This document shows positions 18,545-33,155 of a stretch of DNA of 64,000 bases, piece by piece. Source of the stretch: Felis catus (Eukaryota); contig NC_058369.1 of assembly GCF_018350175.1 (NCBI RefSeq), forward strand, positions 3,474,001 through 3,538,000, in the 5' to 3' direction. The notes beneath the pieces were generated by a model that was not told the origin of the DNA, ran no database searches, and was given only the letters and a program-made list of their open reading frames with translations. The position numbers were made by a program, and so were the translations under genes. Positions within the stretch are counted from its first letter, which is position 1, and each line of letters opens with the position of its first letter.

Positions 18545-18905
18545 GTGGTATTATGGGGCTGAACTGAAATCCCGTGTTGGGAGCCCCCAGCACCTCAGAA
18601 TGGGGCTGTTATTTGGGGACAGGGTGTTAGATGATGAGTTTGAGAGGAGATCATCAGAGTGGCCCGATCCAATCTGACTGGTGTCCTCATAACAAGACAT
18701 GAGGGCACAGACACGCAGAGGGACGACCACGTGAGGACACGGGAGAAGACGGCCGTCCGCACACCGAGGAGAGCGGCCCCAGGAGGAAGCAGCCCCGGGG
18801 ACGCCTGATGGCCGACCTCCCGCCTCCAGGACCAGGACGGTAAATGCTTATTGTTGAGCCGCCGTGTCTGGGGGGCTTGCTTCTGGCGGCCCCGGCGGAG
18901 TAACA
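18545..18905 (+). mobile_element. MLT1A/B-type MaLR LTR
   Basis: cccagcacctcagaat..tttggggacagggt..ccaatctgactggtgtcctcataa..gacctcccgcctccaggac..aaatgcttattgttgagcc. Confidence 0.7.
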
Positions 18906-20429
18906 CGCGGGGCTCGGCTCAAGAAGGCTCGGGATAAGAATCGTGACAAGCGCGTGAACCCCCGAGCGGTGGCCGCTTGGAAAGGAACGCGGCACGGGCA
19001 GTGCTGACCTCACGGGGAGGGAGCCCACGGCTGTTGCCTCCTCCTGAGGCTGCCGAAAAGGGTCCCCATCTGCAGCGTCCTAGAGCCCCACCGGAGACTC
19101 GCCCCAGATGGAGCAGGGGTGCCTCCAGAACCAGGGGCCCAGCCCCACCGGGTCTGCAGGGGGGGAGGGGGCACAGGAGGGGTGAGCCGCTGGCCTGAGG
19201 CCATGCGGTGTGGGACTGGCCGCACCGCAGCCCGAACCCCTGCCTCAGACTTCTGCGTCCACCTGCCCCGCACGAAGGACTCCTGGGCCCCAGACCCCGA
19301 CAGCCAGGAAGAATACTCTCGGGTTGCCGTGGCCGAGGAAAAGCCCCATCCCTTCATGCGAGACAGCACAGGAGGTGACCCCGGGTGTGGGGTCTGGGAG
19401 GGGGCTACCCCAGATGGCTGACGGCCGTGGCGTTGGCTGGGGGGGATTCTTCCTCGAAGGGGGTTCTGAGCCGGTACCAGCACGCCAGAGAAAGGACCTC
19501 TGAGATCATCTAGACCAGCGGACCCCAACCGAGGGCCGTTCTGTGTGCCCAGGGGTCGGTCACCTGAGCTGGTCAGAGCCCGAGGAACACCTCAAGTAGA
19601 GGTCAGGGATGCTGTTCAACACCTCACAGTGCTCAGGACGGCCCCCAGCACAGAGGATGAGCCAGCCCCGAAGTCCAGAGTGCCGAGGGAGAGAGATCCG
19701 GTTCGTGGCCAAGGACCCCATCTTACCGACCAGGACGCTTCAGGCCTGCAGACAGCCACAGGCTGAAAGAGCTGACCCCGGACCCTAGCTCCAGAGGCAC
19801 GGGCCCCGGGGCTACACGCCGCACGGCAGCGCGCTGAGGAGCCCGGCCCAGGTGGAAGGAGAGGTCACGGCACTGTCCCCTGTAACCTGCGACCCGGCCT
19901 GAGTCTCGGGCAGCACCAGGCGGCCTCAGGTGCCCCTCTGATGGGGCGACCCCTCCTGTTCCTGGGAGCCGACTTAAACGTATCGTGCCGGCTTCTTTGT
20001 ATCACAGGATTTAGTGTCTTGCTTCTGTTGATGGCAGGACCATAAGGTCTTCTTTCAAGTTAATTTAAGGACAAGGTGAGTTGAACTAGAGCGAACAGGA
20101 GACGGGGCTCTGACGGCAGACGGCCGGAGCCCGGGGCCGGGACGTGAGCACCGCTGAAGCTCACGGGGGTACGAAGGCCACGGAGAAATCAATTAGCAGC
20201 ACAAGAGGGTCTGATGCTACGGGCACGTTCCAGAAACAAGTCCCCCACCCAGAGAAGGTGGATCTTGCTTGACCGAACACTGGAGGGGACAAGATACCCC
20301 CGCACTACGGGGACAAAGACACAGAGATACAAAAGGACCCACTGATCTGGCTTCTTCCACAAAGAGAAAATCCATCAAGATCGAAGCCGCGTGTAGCTTC
20401 CGCTCAGCTCTTATAGCTGGGATTTTGTC

Positions 20430-20645
20430 TGTGGCAGGATTCAGGGTCCTCGGGCCTGCTGACATTTGGGGCTGGATCACTCCTTGTGGGAGAGAGCCGT
20501 CCTGGCCACCGTAGGGCGCAGAGCAGCACCCGTGGCTCCTGCCTGCCTGGTACCAGTAGCCACCCAGTCGTGACAACCACGGATGTCCCCAGATGTCACC
20601 TGGGGTCTCCTGGGAGCAGAATCGTCCCTGGCTAAGAACCACTGA
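20430..20645. mobile_element. MER20-like remnant
   Basis: ctgctgacatttggggctggatcactccttgtgg..gtcgtgacaacc..gatgtccccagatgtc..ctaagaaccactg. Confidence 0.7.
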
Positions 20646-20686
20646 GAAACTCCCAGAAGATCAGAAGGTGTATATAAAAATGTTCA

Positions 20687-20898
20687 GGGGCGCCCGGGTG
20701 GCTCAGTCGGTTAAGCGTCCGACTTCGGCTCAGGTCACGATCTCACGGTTCGTGGGTTCGAGCCCCGTGTCGGGCTCTGTGCTGACAGCTCAGAACCTGG
20801 AGTCTGCTTCAGAGTCTGTGTCTCCCTGTGTCTCTGCCCCTTCCCTGCTTGCTCTCTGTCTCTATCTCAAAAATAGTAAACATTAAAAAAATTTTTTT
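20687..20898 (+). mobile_element. SINEC_Fc-type CAN-SINE with target-site duplication
   Basis: Full consensus; TSD aaaaatgttc at 20676-20685 and 20899-20908. Confidence 0.95.
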
Positions 20899-21039
20899 AA
20901 AAATGTTCGCCATAGCACCGTTTATAACAAAAGGCGAGACCCAAACCAAACACCGGCAACAGCCGAAGCGTCGGTAGGTGTGGAACCAGTTAAACACGCC
21001 GTGGCCCATCATCACCCCAGGGACAGTTAGTCATCAGAG

Positions 21040-22822
<1,783 letters not shown>

Positions 22823-23698
22823 TCAGCAGCCAGGAGCCCGGCACCCGGGCACTCCTGGGAGGGCTCGGCGCACCTGCCGTGGCTCCACACCAGAGGGAAC
22901 TTTCTGCTGAGCAGAGCTGTCCAGCGGAGCTCCCCAACCAGGGGGCCAGAGCGGCCCGAGCCCGGGGGGGCCATGAGGTGCCCAGGCGGGCTCGGCAACA
23001 GGGCTGGTTGACAGGCTCCGGGCTCGCCCGAGGCTTCCTCCCCTCTGGGCCCGTCTCTGGGCTCGCCTGGGCCCACATCTGCCCAGAGATCCTCTCTGAG
23101 GCAGACGGGGCTCTCCCCTAGCCGCCGGCACGGGCGGCTACCCAAGGTACTCTCCCCTGCTCCCCGACGCCAATGCCGCAGACGCCCTCCCTCCTGCCCT
23201 GAGCACCATCCCATCCAACCAGAGCTTTGGGTGAACCCTCCCTCCACCACACACTTCTGCTTTCTGCACGGGGGGAGCGGGGCAAATTCAGGACCACCGG
23301 GCCACCCAAACACCCAACCCGGAGGGGTCTGGGCGCGCGGCTGCCCCGAGGAGAACTCTGAACACGACGGGGCAACGTTCCCAGCAAGAAACGTGTTTTT
23401 GAAAAGCAGAACCCGGAGTGCCACGACCGCCCCCCCGCCCACCCCGCCTGGTGGGCCTGGGGCAGAAGTGAGGGCGGCCACACGGGTGTGGAGAAATGCA
23501 CGATGTGCCTCCACGACCACAAAGAAATCAACATAAACCACGGCAAAAGGCACCCCCGTCCCTCGCCGGCCCTCTTCTCCCTAGGTGAGCCGACTTTGGA
23601 TGAGGTTAAGTACCAGCCAAGCCTCCCCTGCAGGAACCAGGTTGGTTCCAAGTCTTTGTGAGGCGTGGAAAAGACACTTCTGGTAAGAGCGCTCGTCA

Positions 23699-24034
<336 letters not shown>

Positions 24035-25289
24035 TCAGGGGTGACGCTGGCTCCCCGCGGCTGGCTCCTCTCCAACCTCTCCCTCCCCCCGCCTCCCCCC
24101 CCCCCCCCCCCGCGCAGCCCTCCCCACAGATGCTCCGGCCCCGGGTTCGAGCCCATTAGCAACAGTAATGGGATCTTCCACACCTGAGAGGTTTGGACAG
24201 ATGCCTTGTGCTAAGTTACCGAAGGACTAGCGCGCGAGAGAACAAAAAGGGTCGGGGAAACCCAGCTCTCAACAGGTGAGGCTCAGGGCTCGGGTGTCTG
24301 TTCCCGTCAAAGTCTTCCGCACAGGCCAAGGATCAATCCGGGGTCAGAGAAAGAGCAAACGTAGGAAGGGAGCCGGGAAACGCACACCCCACCAGCACCC
24401 CTCCCCTCGGCTCCGCTGGCCCCCGCCGGCCCCCACCCGCTCGACACCAGGAGCGCCTGGGTGGTGACAGCCACAGACGCCCCCAGATGCCCCACTGATC
24501 TAATCTGAGCCTGTCTGCAAGAGGACAGTAGCCGCCTGGTGAGGACTCCGTGTGGACGAAACGAGCCGGACGCAGGAGGCGCAGGCGCGTCGCGCGGTGT
24601 CCCCGATGGGTCGCTCGGAGGGACATGGGCTACTTCGCCAGTGAAGTCGCTGTTTCTCGTGTTCTTGCCCCTTGGCTGCATCCTACTGTCAAAGGGGCGG
24701 TCGTGTTCTTAGTGGCAAATGAAGCAACAGCCTCTCTTCCGACCCGCGGCGTCTTCAAGTCAACGCATGACGGCGGGGCTGTTGTTAACGGGCTAACAAT
24801 GCCGGGCCCCTCTCGGTCCGTGCTCTCCAGGGGGAAGACTCCACGTGGCGGTGGCAGCCTCTTCGGGGACCTCCTCGTACGCGCTCTCGCCTCTACGAGC
24901 GGGGGACAGGGAGGCCCCGCGCTCAGCGCCTCTGGGGCCAGAGCCTGACAGATAACGTCTGTTCTCGTCACGACTCTCTTTACGGACAGCTGGTTCACGT
25001 GGCAATGCACGAGGGCTTTCCACTTCCGATCAACGTGGCACGGAAGTTCAGTTAGCAACAGAAGAACGTATCTCAAGAGGAAAGGTTTCAAGGGCAACCT
25101 TAGGAAGCTCACGCTGAGAAAAACGCAAAGGTGATGTAGACGTGCGCGTGAGCCACACCCACGGTTTCACGGCCAAGGCCCCTCGACACTGTGCCTTCTG
25201 CCTCTCATCCCCAGCTCGAGGCACAGGCGTGACGCCGCCCCCCCCCCCCCCGGGGCATCCTTCCTTCTCAAGTTCATGTGACAGGTGGG

Positions 25290-25565
25290 GACAGACAGGT
25301 GGGGACAAGAATCTCACGGTGCATGACCCCATTCCCATGCAACGTCCAGGACAGGCAACCCCAGAGAGACAGGAAGCAGACTCATGGTGGCCAGGAGCCG
25401 GGGGCGGGAGGGGAGCGAGAGCTAATGGCTCCAGGGTTTCTTTCTGGGGTGACGGAAACGTTCTGGAATTAGACGGTGGGGTTGCACAACGCTGTGAGTG
25501 CACTAAAAGCCAGGGGCGCCCACCTTTAGAAGGGAGAGTTTTAGGCTGTGTGGATTACACCCCGT
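25290..25565 (+). mobile_element. Old L1M (L1MB/MC-like) 3'-end fragment
   Basis: gtccaggacaggcaa..cagagagacaggaagcagac..gggtttctttctggggtgacggaaacgttctggaattag..ttgcacaacgctgtgagtgcactaa. Confidence 0.7.
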
Positions 25566-27060
25566 TAAGAGCCGTGTGGGAGCCGTGTGGAGGGCCGGGA
25601 GGAAGCAGCCAGCAGCCCGAGCTCCGAGCTCTGGACCCCCTGTTCTCGGGGCTCAGCGGGAGAGCCAGAGGCCTCCCAACAGGAAGTCAACAGAACGGCC
25701 TTGCCAAGGACATCGGAGCCACCTCCTCCACCCAGCGCATTAATAAGTGACGGCACCAAATGGCACAGAGCAGCACATTCCCTGCGGCGCCCTGGCACCT
25801 GTGCTGGTGATGTCACACGCTGGGCGTGTAAGCCCAGCGTCTGATTTCTGCTGCCCCTGCCCCTCCCCTGCCTCCCCCCTTGCCAGCTCCACCCCACCTC
25901 TGGGGACAGCACCCCAGCCCCCAAAATCCACCGGGGTGGCAGGTGGCCCAGATGTGCACAAGCACCATCTTTGGGCACTGCGGCCTCAGGAGCCAGCGTG
26001 ATGGGCATGTGACCCGCACTGGGTCCGGGCTCTCCTCTAGGTCACGAGGACACAAGAGGCCCCCTCCCCCTGCTGAGGGACTCCCAGAGAGGTCACGGGC
26101 CCTGCGTCGTCCTCTGTCCTACGGGAGACGCCCACCTGCAGGGGACAAGCCGACCAACCCACGCAGAGCCGGAGAAGCTGCGGTCCGAGCCCTGGAACCC
26201 GACCGCCACCATCGTCGGCCACGGAAGCCCGCACATTCCCTCCTCTGCTGAGTTTCTTCGTGCTGGACTCATCCGTCGTGTGCATCCGGCAGAGCCCTCC
26301 CTGAGGCCCCGGTGACGGTGAGGCCGGCGCGCACTCTGGGGGAGGGGCTCCCAGGGGAAGCACGGCGGCATGGCCCTCGGAGGCCCCTTCTGTTCCATCT
26401 GCAAACAAGGCTGGCTGCAGCGTTCCTGGGGCCAGACCAGCACAATGACCTATCACGAAAGTACTCGGGGGCTCCAGGGGGGCGTGCCCCAAGAACCTGG
26501 ACACGAAGTGAGCTTCGGGGCACCCCGAAGGTACTGAGTGATGCAGACGGATGACCTCAAAGGTGAGCTACGTCACCCCAAAAGAGCAGGATGGCTCGGA
26601 GATGTCCGGGGAGGGTTCTGGGGTCTCCGCCAAGTCCACAGCCCTTGTCTAGGGCTGTCTGTCCCCTACCCGCCGTGGTGGCAGGCGTCCTGCGGACTGC
26701 AGGGACCCACTCACCCCAGCCCCGGCCCCACGTACGGGCCGCAGACAAGACATCTGACCTACGTCGAACCGACCTAGTTCCCGCTCCCAGAAATTCCGAG
26801 AGCTCGTCCATTTGTGCGGGTGGCTGGAACCTGAGATGGGTCACCCTGGGCGCGTGGCGGTGGAAGGCAGGTGTCCGGTGGGGGCGGATGTGTGGAGCAG
26901 AGCGTGTGCGGGGCAGACGCCTGGGCCCCTCGCACCTCCTGGTTCCCAGGGCCATGGCCTGAGGCCCGGGGTGGGGGCTCCCCAGCACACCCGAGTCCTT
27001 CCTGTGAGGTGCCCTTGGTGGTTCAAACCAGCTCAGGGGGTTTCCATCCCTTTCGGCAGC

Positions 27061-27510
27061 TCTGCGGTTGGCTGAACAGTGGCCCCCAAATGCTCAGGTC
27101 CTGATCCCCAGACCCTGGGAGTTCGTCACCTTCTGCGGCAAGAGGGAACCTGCAGAGGGGATTCGGTTAAGGGTCTGGAGTTGGGGAGAAGCCTGGATTA
27201 CCCGGGTGGGCCCCGAATGGAATCCCGTGCCCTCATAAGGGAGACCGAGGCAGACTTCAGACACAAGGCAGAGGAGGAGGCCCCGTGCCCCGGCGGCCAC
27301 ACCTGAACTCGGAAGAGGCAAGGAACGGGTCCTCCCCCACGGCCTCTGCAGGAAGCGCAGTGCGGCCTGCGGACACCTTGACTTTGGCCCGGAGAAACGG
27401 ATTTCAGACTTCTGGTCTTCAGAACCGCGACAGAATACATTTCTGTTTGTGTTAAGCCGCCGAGTCGGCAGTGATTTGCGACAGCGGGAGCCCCACGAAA
27501 CTCATACACG
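27061..27510 (+). mobile_element. MLT1C/D-type MaLR LTR
   Basis: tgcggttggctgaacagtggccccca..cctggattacccgggtgggccc..gacaccttgacttt..cagacttctggtcttcagaacc..catttctgtttgtgttaagcc. Confidence 0.75.
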
Positions 27511-28879
27511 TATCCGGCCCAGGACGGCAGCCTGACCTTGAGTCGGCGAGGGGTGGAAAACCGAGCTGGGGGCCGTGGCACCACGGGGAAGGGAGAAGCA
27601 GCGGCCGCCACAGTCCACGTGTCCCGGCCACCTCTGCCCCCGAGAGCCACGCCCCCTGAATGACCGTCGCCCGAAGCACGCCCAATCCTCGTCTCTCCCA
27701 GGCCCGAGCTGGCATCCCTTGTCTGTAAAGGGCCACGCGGTACAGATTTTCAGCGGCGGCGGGGGGCACACGGCTTCTGCTGCAACTACGCTCGGGAGCG
27801 GCCGCGGAGGGGACAGGGACGAACCGGGGCGGCCGAGGCCCAGCAGAACCAGATCTCCAAAACGGACGGCGGGCGCTTGCTGACCTCTGTTCCCGATCCC
27901 TCCTCTTCCAACCCCGCGCTCACCAAACCACCAACGTGCTTTCCACACACGTCTGTCTCTACGAAGGGGTGCCGCACCGAGTCTGCGGAGGGCAGAGCCA
28001 CCCGGCGTCCAGTTGCTGCCGTGGCCCTCGGCGGGGGTCAGCCGCAGGCAGAGGACGCCCCTCGCCGACCGGTGCGTGCCACCCCTCACGCCAACGCTGA
28101 CCGAGGGCCCGGCCGGGGCCGGCATCGTCCCGGAGGGGCCGTGGGTCCTTAGAGGACGGTCAGGCCCTGAGTGTCGAGTCGAGGGCCGAGGCTGAACACC
28201 CGACCCGGGTCACCAATCGTGGGCCGTTGCTGCTTCCACAGGGACACGCCCGGCCCTGTTGCCGCAGGGGCCCCGCGAGACCTTCGGGCAAAGCAAGGCA
28301 ACGTCCGCTTGCTCAGTAGAAACTCGCTGCCCACCTGCCAGGAGCCAGGCCTGCGTGAGGCCCCACCGGTTCCCCCACAGGCCCTCCCGGGGCCGGCAGG
28401 GAACACAAACCCACGAGCGGCCGCCGCCGGGGATGCAGACAGCGCTGCCCCCGAGGCACGTGGCGCAGAAGGAAGCGACGAGCAGGTAACGTGCTTATCC
28501 AGGCGTCTGGGGCGAGGACCGCGATCGTGTGACAAGCCGCTTGTGTCGTTTATCCCCGGGCGCACTCAAAGAGCCTTCCCACGCGTGGGCCCACGGCGCG
28601 CACCCACGGGAGTTACTTGTGACTCCGACGGCCAGGAGCCGCTCACTGGCCCGGCCCGGCCCGGCCCGGGGGGCTGGGAAACGACTCAGGGGCAGGCCCA
28701 GCTGCCCTGGTTCTGGAGACGATCGCGGCGGCTCAGAGCCACGTCCAAGGCCCAGCCACGGCACGGCTGCAACCCAACGGGGCAGGGCCGCCCTCTGCTC
28801 CACTCACCTGCACACCTGCCGCCCCCCCACCTCCCCCCGCAGCACCCTTGAGCCAGACCGCTGCTGCAAACGGAAGTCA

Positions 28880-29569
<690 letters not shown>

Positions 29570-31421
29570 TCACGGCCTTCAAGGCTCTCTGTCCTCTGAC
29601 CCCCGCCAGCCCCTCGAACCTCATCCCCCTTTTATCAGTTGCCCAGCCAAACTGGCCTTCCGTTGGCCCTTCAAACAGGCCAGACTCCTTCCCACCTTGG
29701 CACGTGCTTCCCTCTGCCTGAAACACTTTTCCCCTCTCTCCGCTTGACTAACGTCCAATCAGATCTCAGTGTAAGTATCTGTCGGGTCCTCAGAAACCTT
29801 CCGTGACCATCTGTACCGAAGCTGGTCTCTCCATTAGGCGCGTCAGCGACTAACGTCCCCTGCCCTCAGAGCACTGGCACAAGGGTTGTCTGTTGATCAC
29901 CTGTCCCGTTCATGGCAGTGGCCCCAGAACCTCAGGAGGCCCCTGGCTCCCAGGACGCATTCCACAGAGGGCCGTGTGGAATGATTATCTTGCATTAAGC
30001 CCTCGGGGAGACAGGCTCGCTCACACGCAAAGAACGGAGCGTAAAGAATTAATCGGCACAGCTCGTCCCCCGTGCCATCCAGCCTGGGGTCCAGCAGGGG
30101 AAACTCGTGCCTCACGGGACAGGCTCAGAGAGACAAGCAGTTGTGCACAGACGGTGTGAGAACCCCAGCAGAGAGAACGGACGCCCCTCGGGACAGCCCG
30201 CCCCACCCCTCCCCCGCTCCCTGAGCAGCTGTGGCCGAGGCCCCGTCCCTCCCTTCTCTCCCCCTGGCTGTTGGGCACATTTCTTGAGCGGACTGGACTA
30301 GCCAGGCAAATATTTGCTTTAGGGAAATCTAAACATAGCCACAGTGACCCGGTTCCGGAAGAGCCGGGCTCTCTAGCGAGGCCGCCAAGGTGAGCGGGGC
30401 GGCCTCCCTCTCCTCCGTGGGCATCGGACGGCCTAAGGTCTCGCTGAATGCCGGGCCTCCTTGTGCTCTGGGATTAGCGGCTTTGCTCCGGGATTAGTGG
30501 CTTTGCTTTACAGGCGGAGCCCGGGCTTCACTGGTCAAAAGTGGGAGTCGTTACTGCTACACAGGGACAAGGACAGGGACAGCCCAGGCCGAGGGCTTCA
30601 GAGAAGCACCAGGCAGAGCTGTGCCCACCTTCACACGGTGCCCTCCAATTCCCAGAAGGGCCTGCCCCTTCGCAGCAAGACACCCCCCCGAGTCCCCATA
30701 CGGGAGAAAGGACCCCTGTCTCCTGCTTCGAGGGGCAAGAGGAGACGCTTCTGAGCATGGCCTCCGTGGGCCGATTTTCAGAGTTCCCTTTCCACCCTGA
30801 CCCTGTATCAGACGAGGGACAGAAAAGCCTCCCTGACTCCCGTCCTACTGGACCCAGCCAGGGCTCGGGGGGCTCGGGGGGCACGGCAAGCAGGCGGTTC
30901 CTGCTCCCCAGCCACAAAGAGTGCCCTCGGTTCACAACTTCCTACGATGGCTTTGAAGCCACGGATCACAGGCCATCAGGGCTTTTGGGACCCTCGGGGC
31001 AAATGAACCCAAGCCAGAAAAGACGGGAGACCCAGTGAGGGTCACATGCAGCATGTCCCGGCCCCCCCCCCACCCCCAGAGCTGTGGTTTACCTCCATGG
31101 GCGGCGCTGGGCACGGGCAGTGTCAGGCAGGGGCTGGGGCCAGGACAGGCGGAGCGCTCCGGAACCCACATGGCCCCGAGCGCTGCTGACAACCAGCCCA
31201 GAAAACCAGGCCAGGGGACTCCTCCGACCAGCCCAGCCCCCACCCCCACCCCACCCCACCCCCGAAACTGCGGCCACCGTTCAGGCCTTGCTCACGGCAG
31301 CAAAACCGATCACAACCTCCAGGGTTCCCAAAGGGGACCCCATAAGCTGAGAGCCGGGCAGAAACGCTCACAGAATCATGTGGCTTATTTCCATAGCAAG
31401 GAACAATAAAAATGATCTTGC

Positions 31422-31489
31422 CTCCGATCACTGCAGAGAGCCCAAGGAGCAAAAATGTGATCCAGGAGATGAGAAATGAAATGAAACAT
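31422..31489 (-). CDS. DPP9: Candidate alternative first coding exon of DPP9: MFHFISHLLDHIFAPWALCSDR(S), spliced to exon 4 through a GC donor
   Basis: ATG at 31489; AG|GCAAGA donor at 31421-31416 in phase 2, in frame with exon 4; no transcript evidence available here. Confidence 0.5.
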
Positions 31490-32724
31490 CGGGAGAAACT
31501 TCTAGGAATCTTCTAGATGTGGCCAGGCGGTCTGAGCTCCCAGACAGGCCAAGGCTTGGTGCTATGACTTGGTCCTCCACTCACCTCTCTCTTCCCCAGA
31601 AGTGCAGAGAGACTGCAGAGGAGGCGGGGGAAGGGGAGGAACAGGTGAACCAAGTGCCCCGCTTCCCATCCTAGGCCAGCCTGAGCTCCTCCAGTCAAGG
31701 GTTTACACAGCTGGGGAAACGGAAGCGGATTCCAAGCCACTTGGGCCGGGTCCACCTACGCTTTCCTTCTGCCAGTCAGCAGGACGCCTCGCGGACCACG
31801 AGGCCACCGGCAGGCGGCTCGGGCCCTCCGGTGCCAACACCGTCAAGGCCCCACGGGAGGTCTGCGGCCTGTGAACTGGTGCTCCGAGAGCCAGGACCAC
31901 CGCCCCGCGGGGCATCCGCCAGAGACCCAAGCGGGGCCCGTGACGAGGGCAACAGGCAGAAGGAAGAAGGAACTGTGGATTCTCGGTGCCGGCCGCAGGT
32001 CTGGGAGCATTCGGCCAACCGCAGAGAGAGAAGGCGGGCAGGGAGGCAGGCGCCGGGGAGGTGAGGGGCGGGGGCCCGCCGTGCTCCGGGGAGGAAATGC
32101 CTGAGCGGCCCTCAGGACACTCGCCGTGGCCCCGTGGGGCGGGGGCTCCCGGGGAACAGCGGGCCGTGCTCTGCCCTCCAAGGCCTGCCTCCGGCACCGT
32201 GCGGGCCTCCCACTGTCACGACCGGCCGGCGCAGACTCAGTTTGCAGCCCACGCCGTGGCCGCCGGGGACCTAACGCACGTGAGAAGGGGCACTCGGGTC
32301 TCCGTCACCAGCCGACCTGCTGATGTATTTCCCCACCGGACACCGGAGCCCGCGTCCGGGGAGCGAAGCAGACTGCTCAACGTCACCCCTGTCTTCCAGG
32401 AGCTCTTTAGTGCCCTTCCTGCCCGCCCGGTCGCTCCCACCGGCTAAAAGCAAACGAAGCCACGGGGGCTAGAAGCCCACTCGCCGAGGGCTTCCTGTGG
32501 CCTCCGCCTCGCGCACGGCCCCAGACGTGAGACTCACCAAGTGCCCCAGGGCCTCACGTGGACAATTATGATTACTCCTCACCGTGACCCTGACAGGTGA
32601 GTTCTGGGGCCAGCCCCATCTGGGAGGCTGCAAAGTAGGCTCAGAGGGATCAAATGACCCGCCCAATATCAGATATCACCCGAGTCTGACGGACCCCGAA
32701 CCCACATTCTAACCTCCGGACCAA

Positions 32725-32922
32725 CGGTTCTCAGCCGGGCCGGATCCTGCCCCAGGTGACACCGGGTGATGTCTGGGTACATCTGTGGTTGTCACAGAGG
32801 GGTGCTCCTAGCATCGAGGGGCTGGGGGCCAGGGGTCTGCTCCACCCCCCACGGCGCCCAGGACACCCCCCACAGAGAATGGCTTGGCCCCACGTGAGCA
32901 GTCCCGAGGCTGAGAAACCCTG
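32725..32922 (+). mobile_element. MER20-like DNA transposon
   Basis: cggttctcagccggg..gatgtctgggtacatctgtggttgtcac..ccccacagagaat..gaggctgagaaaccctg; similar copies at ~8510-8710, 19520-19700, 33790-33910 and 34140-34330. Confidence 0.75.
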
Positions 32923-33099
32923 CTCTCGCCTACATTGCCACCTCATGCGGAACAGCCAGAACAGAGTCCTGGGGCATTGCAGAAAGGTAGGGGGTGGCAG
33001 GGGGAGGCAGGGGTCTTCCCAGACCTAGGACATCATCGGAAATTTGGGAACCTCAACGACACCCCCACAGGTCAGGGCTCCCGCGGCCACACCCCTTAC

Positions 33100-33155
33100 C
33101 TTCTCCAACCTTCTGTGTGGTCGTGATCCAGGCGGAGCTTCTTAACCTTCCGCAT
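33100..33155 (-). CDS. DPP9: DPP9 exon 3 coding part (exon 33100-33190): long-isoform start MRKVKKLRLDHDHTEGWR with basic NLS
   Basis: MRKVKKLRLD matches the DPP9-long N-terminus; AG 33191-33192, GTAAG donor 33099-33095; 56 coding nt, phase 2. Confidence 0.93.
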
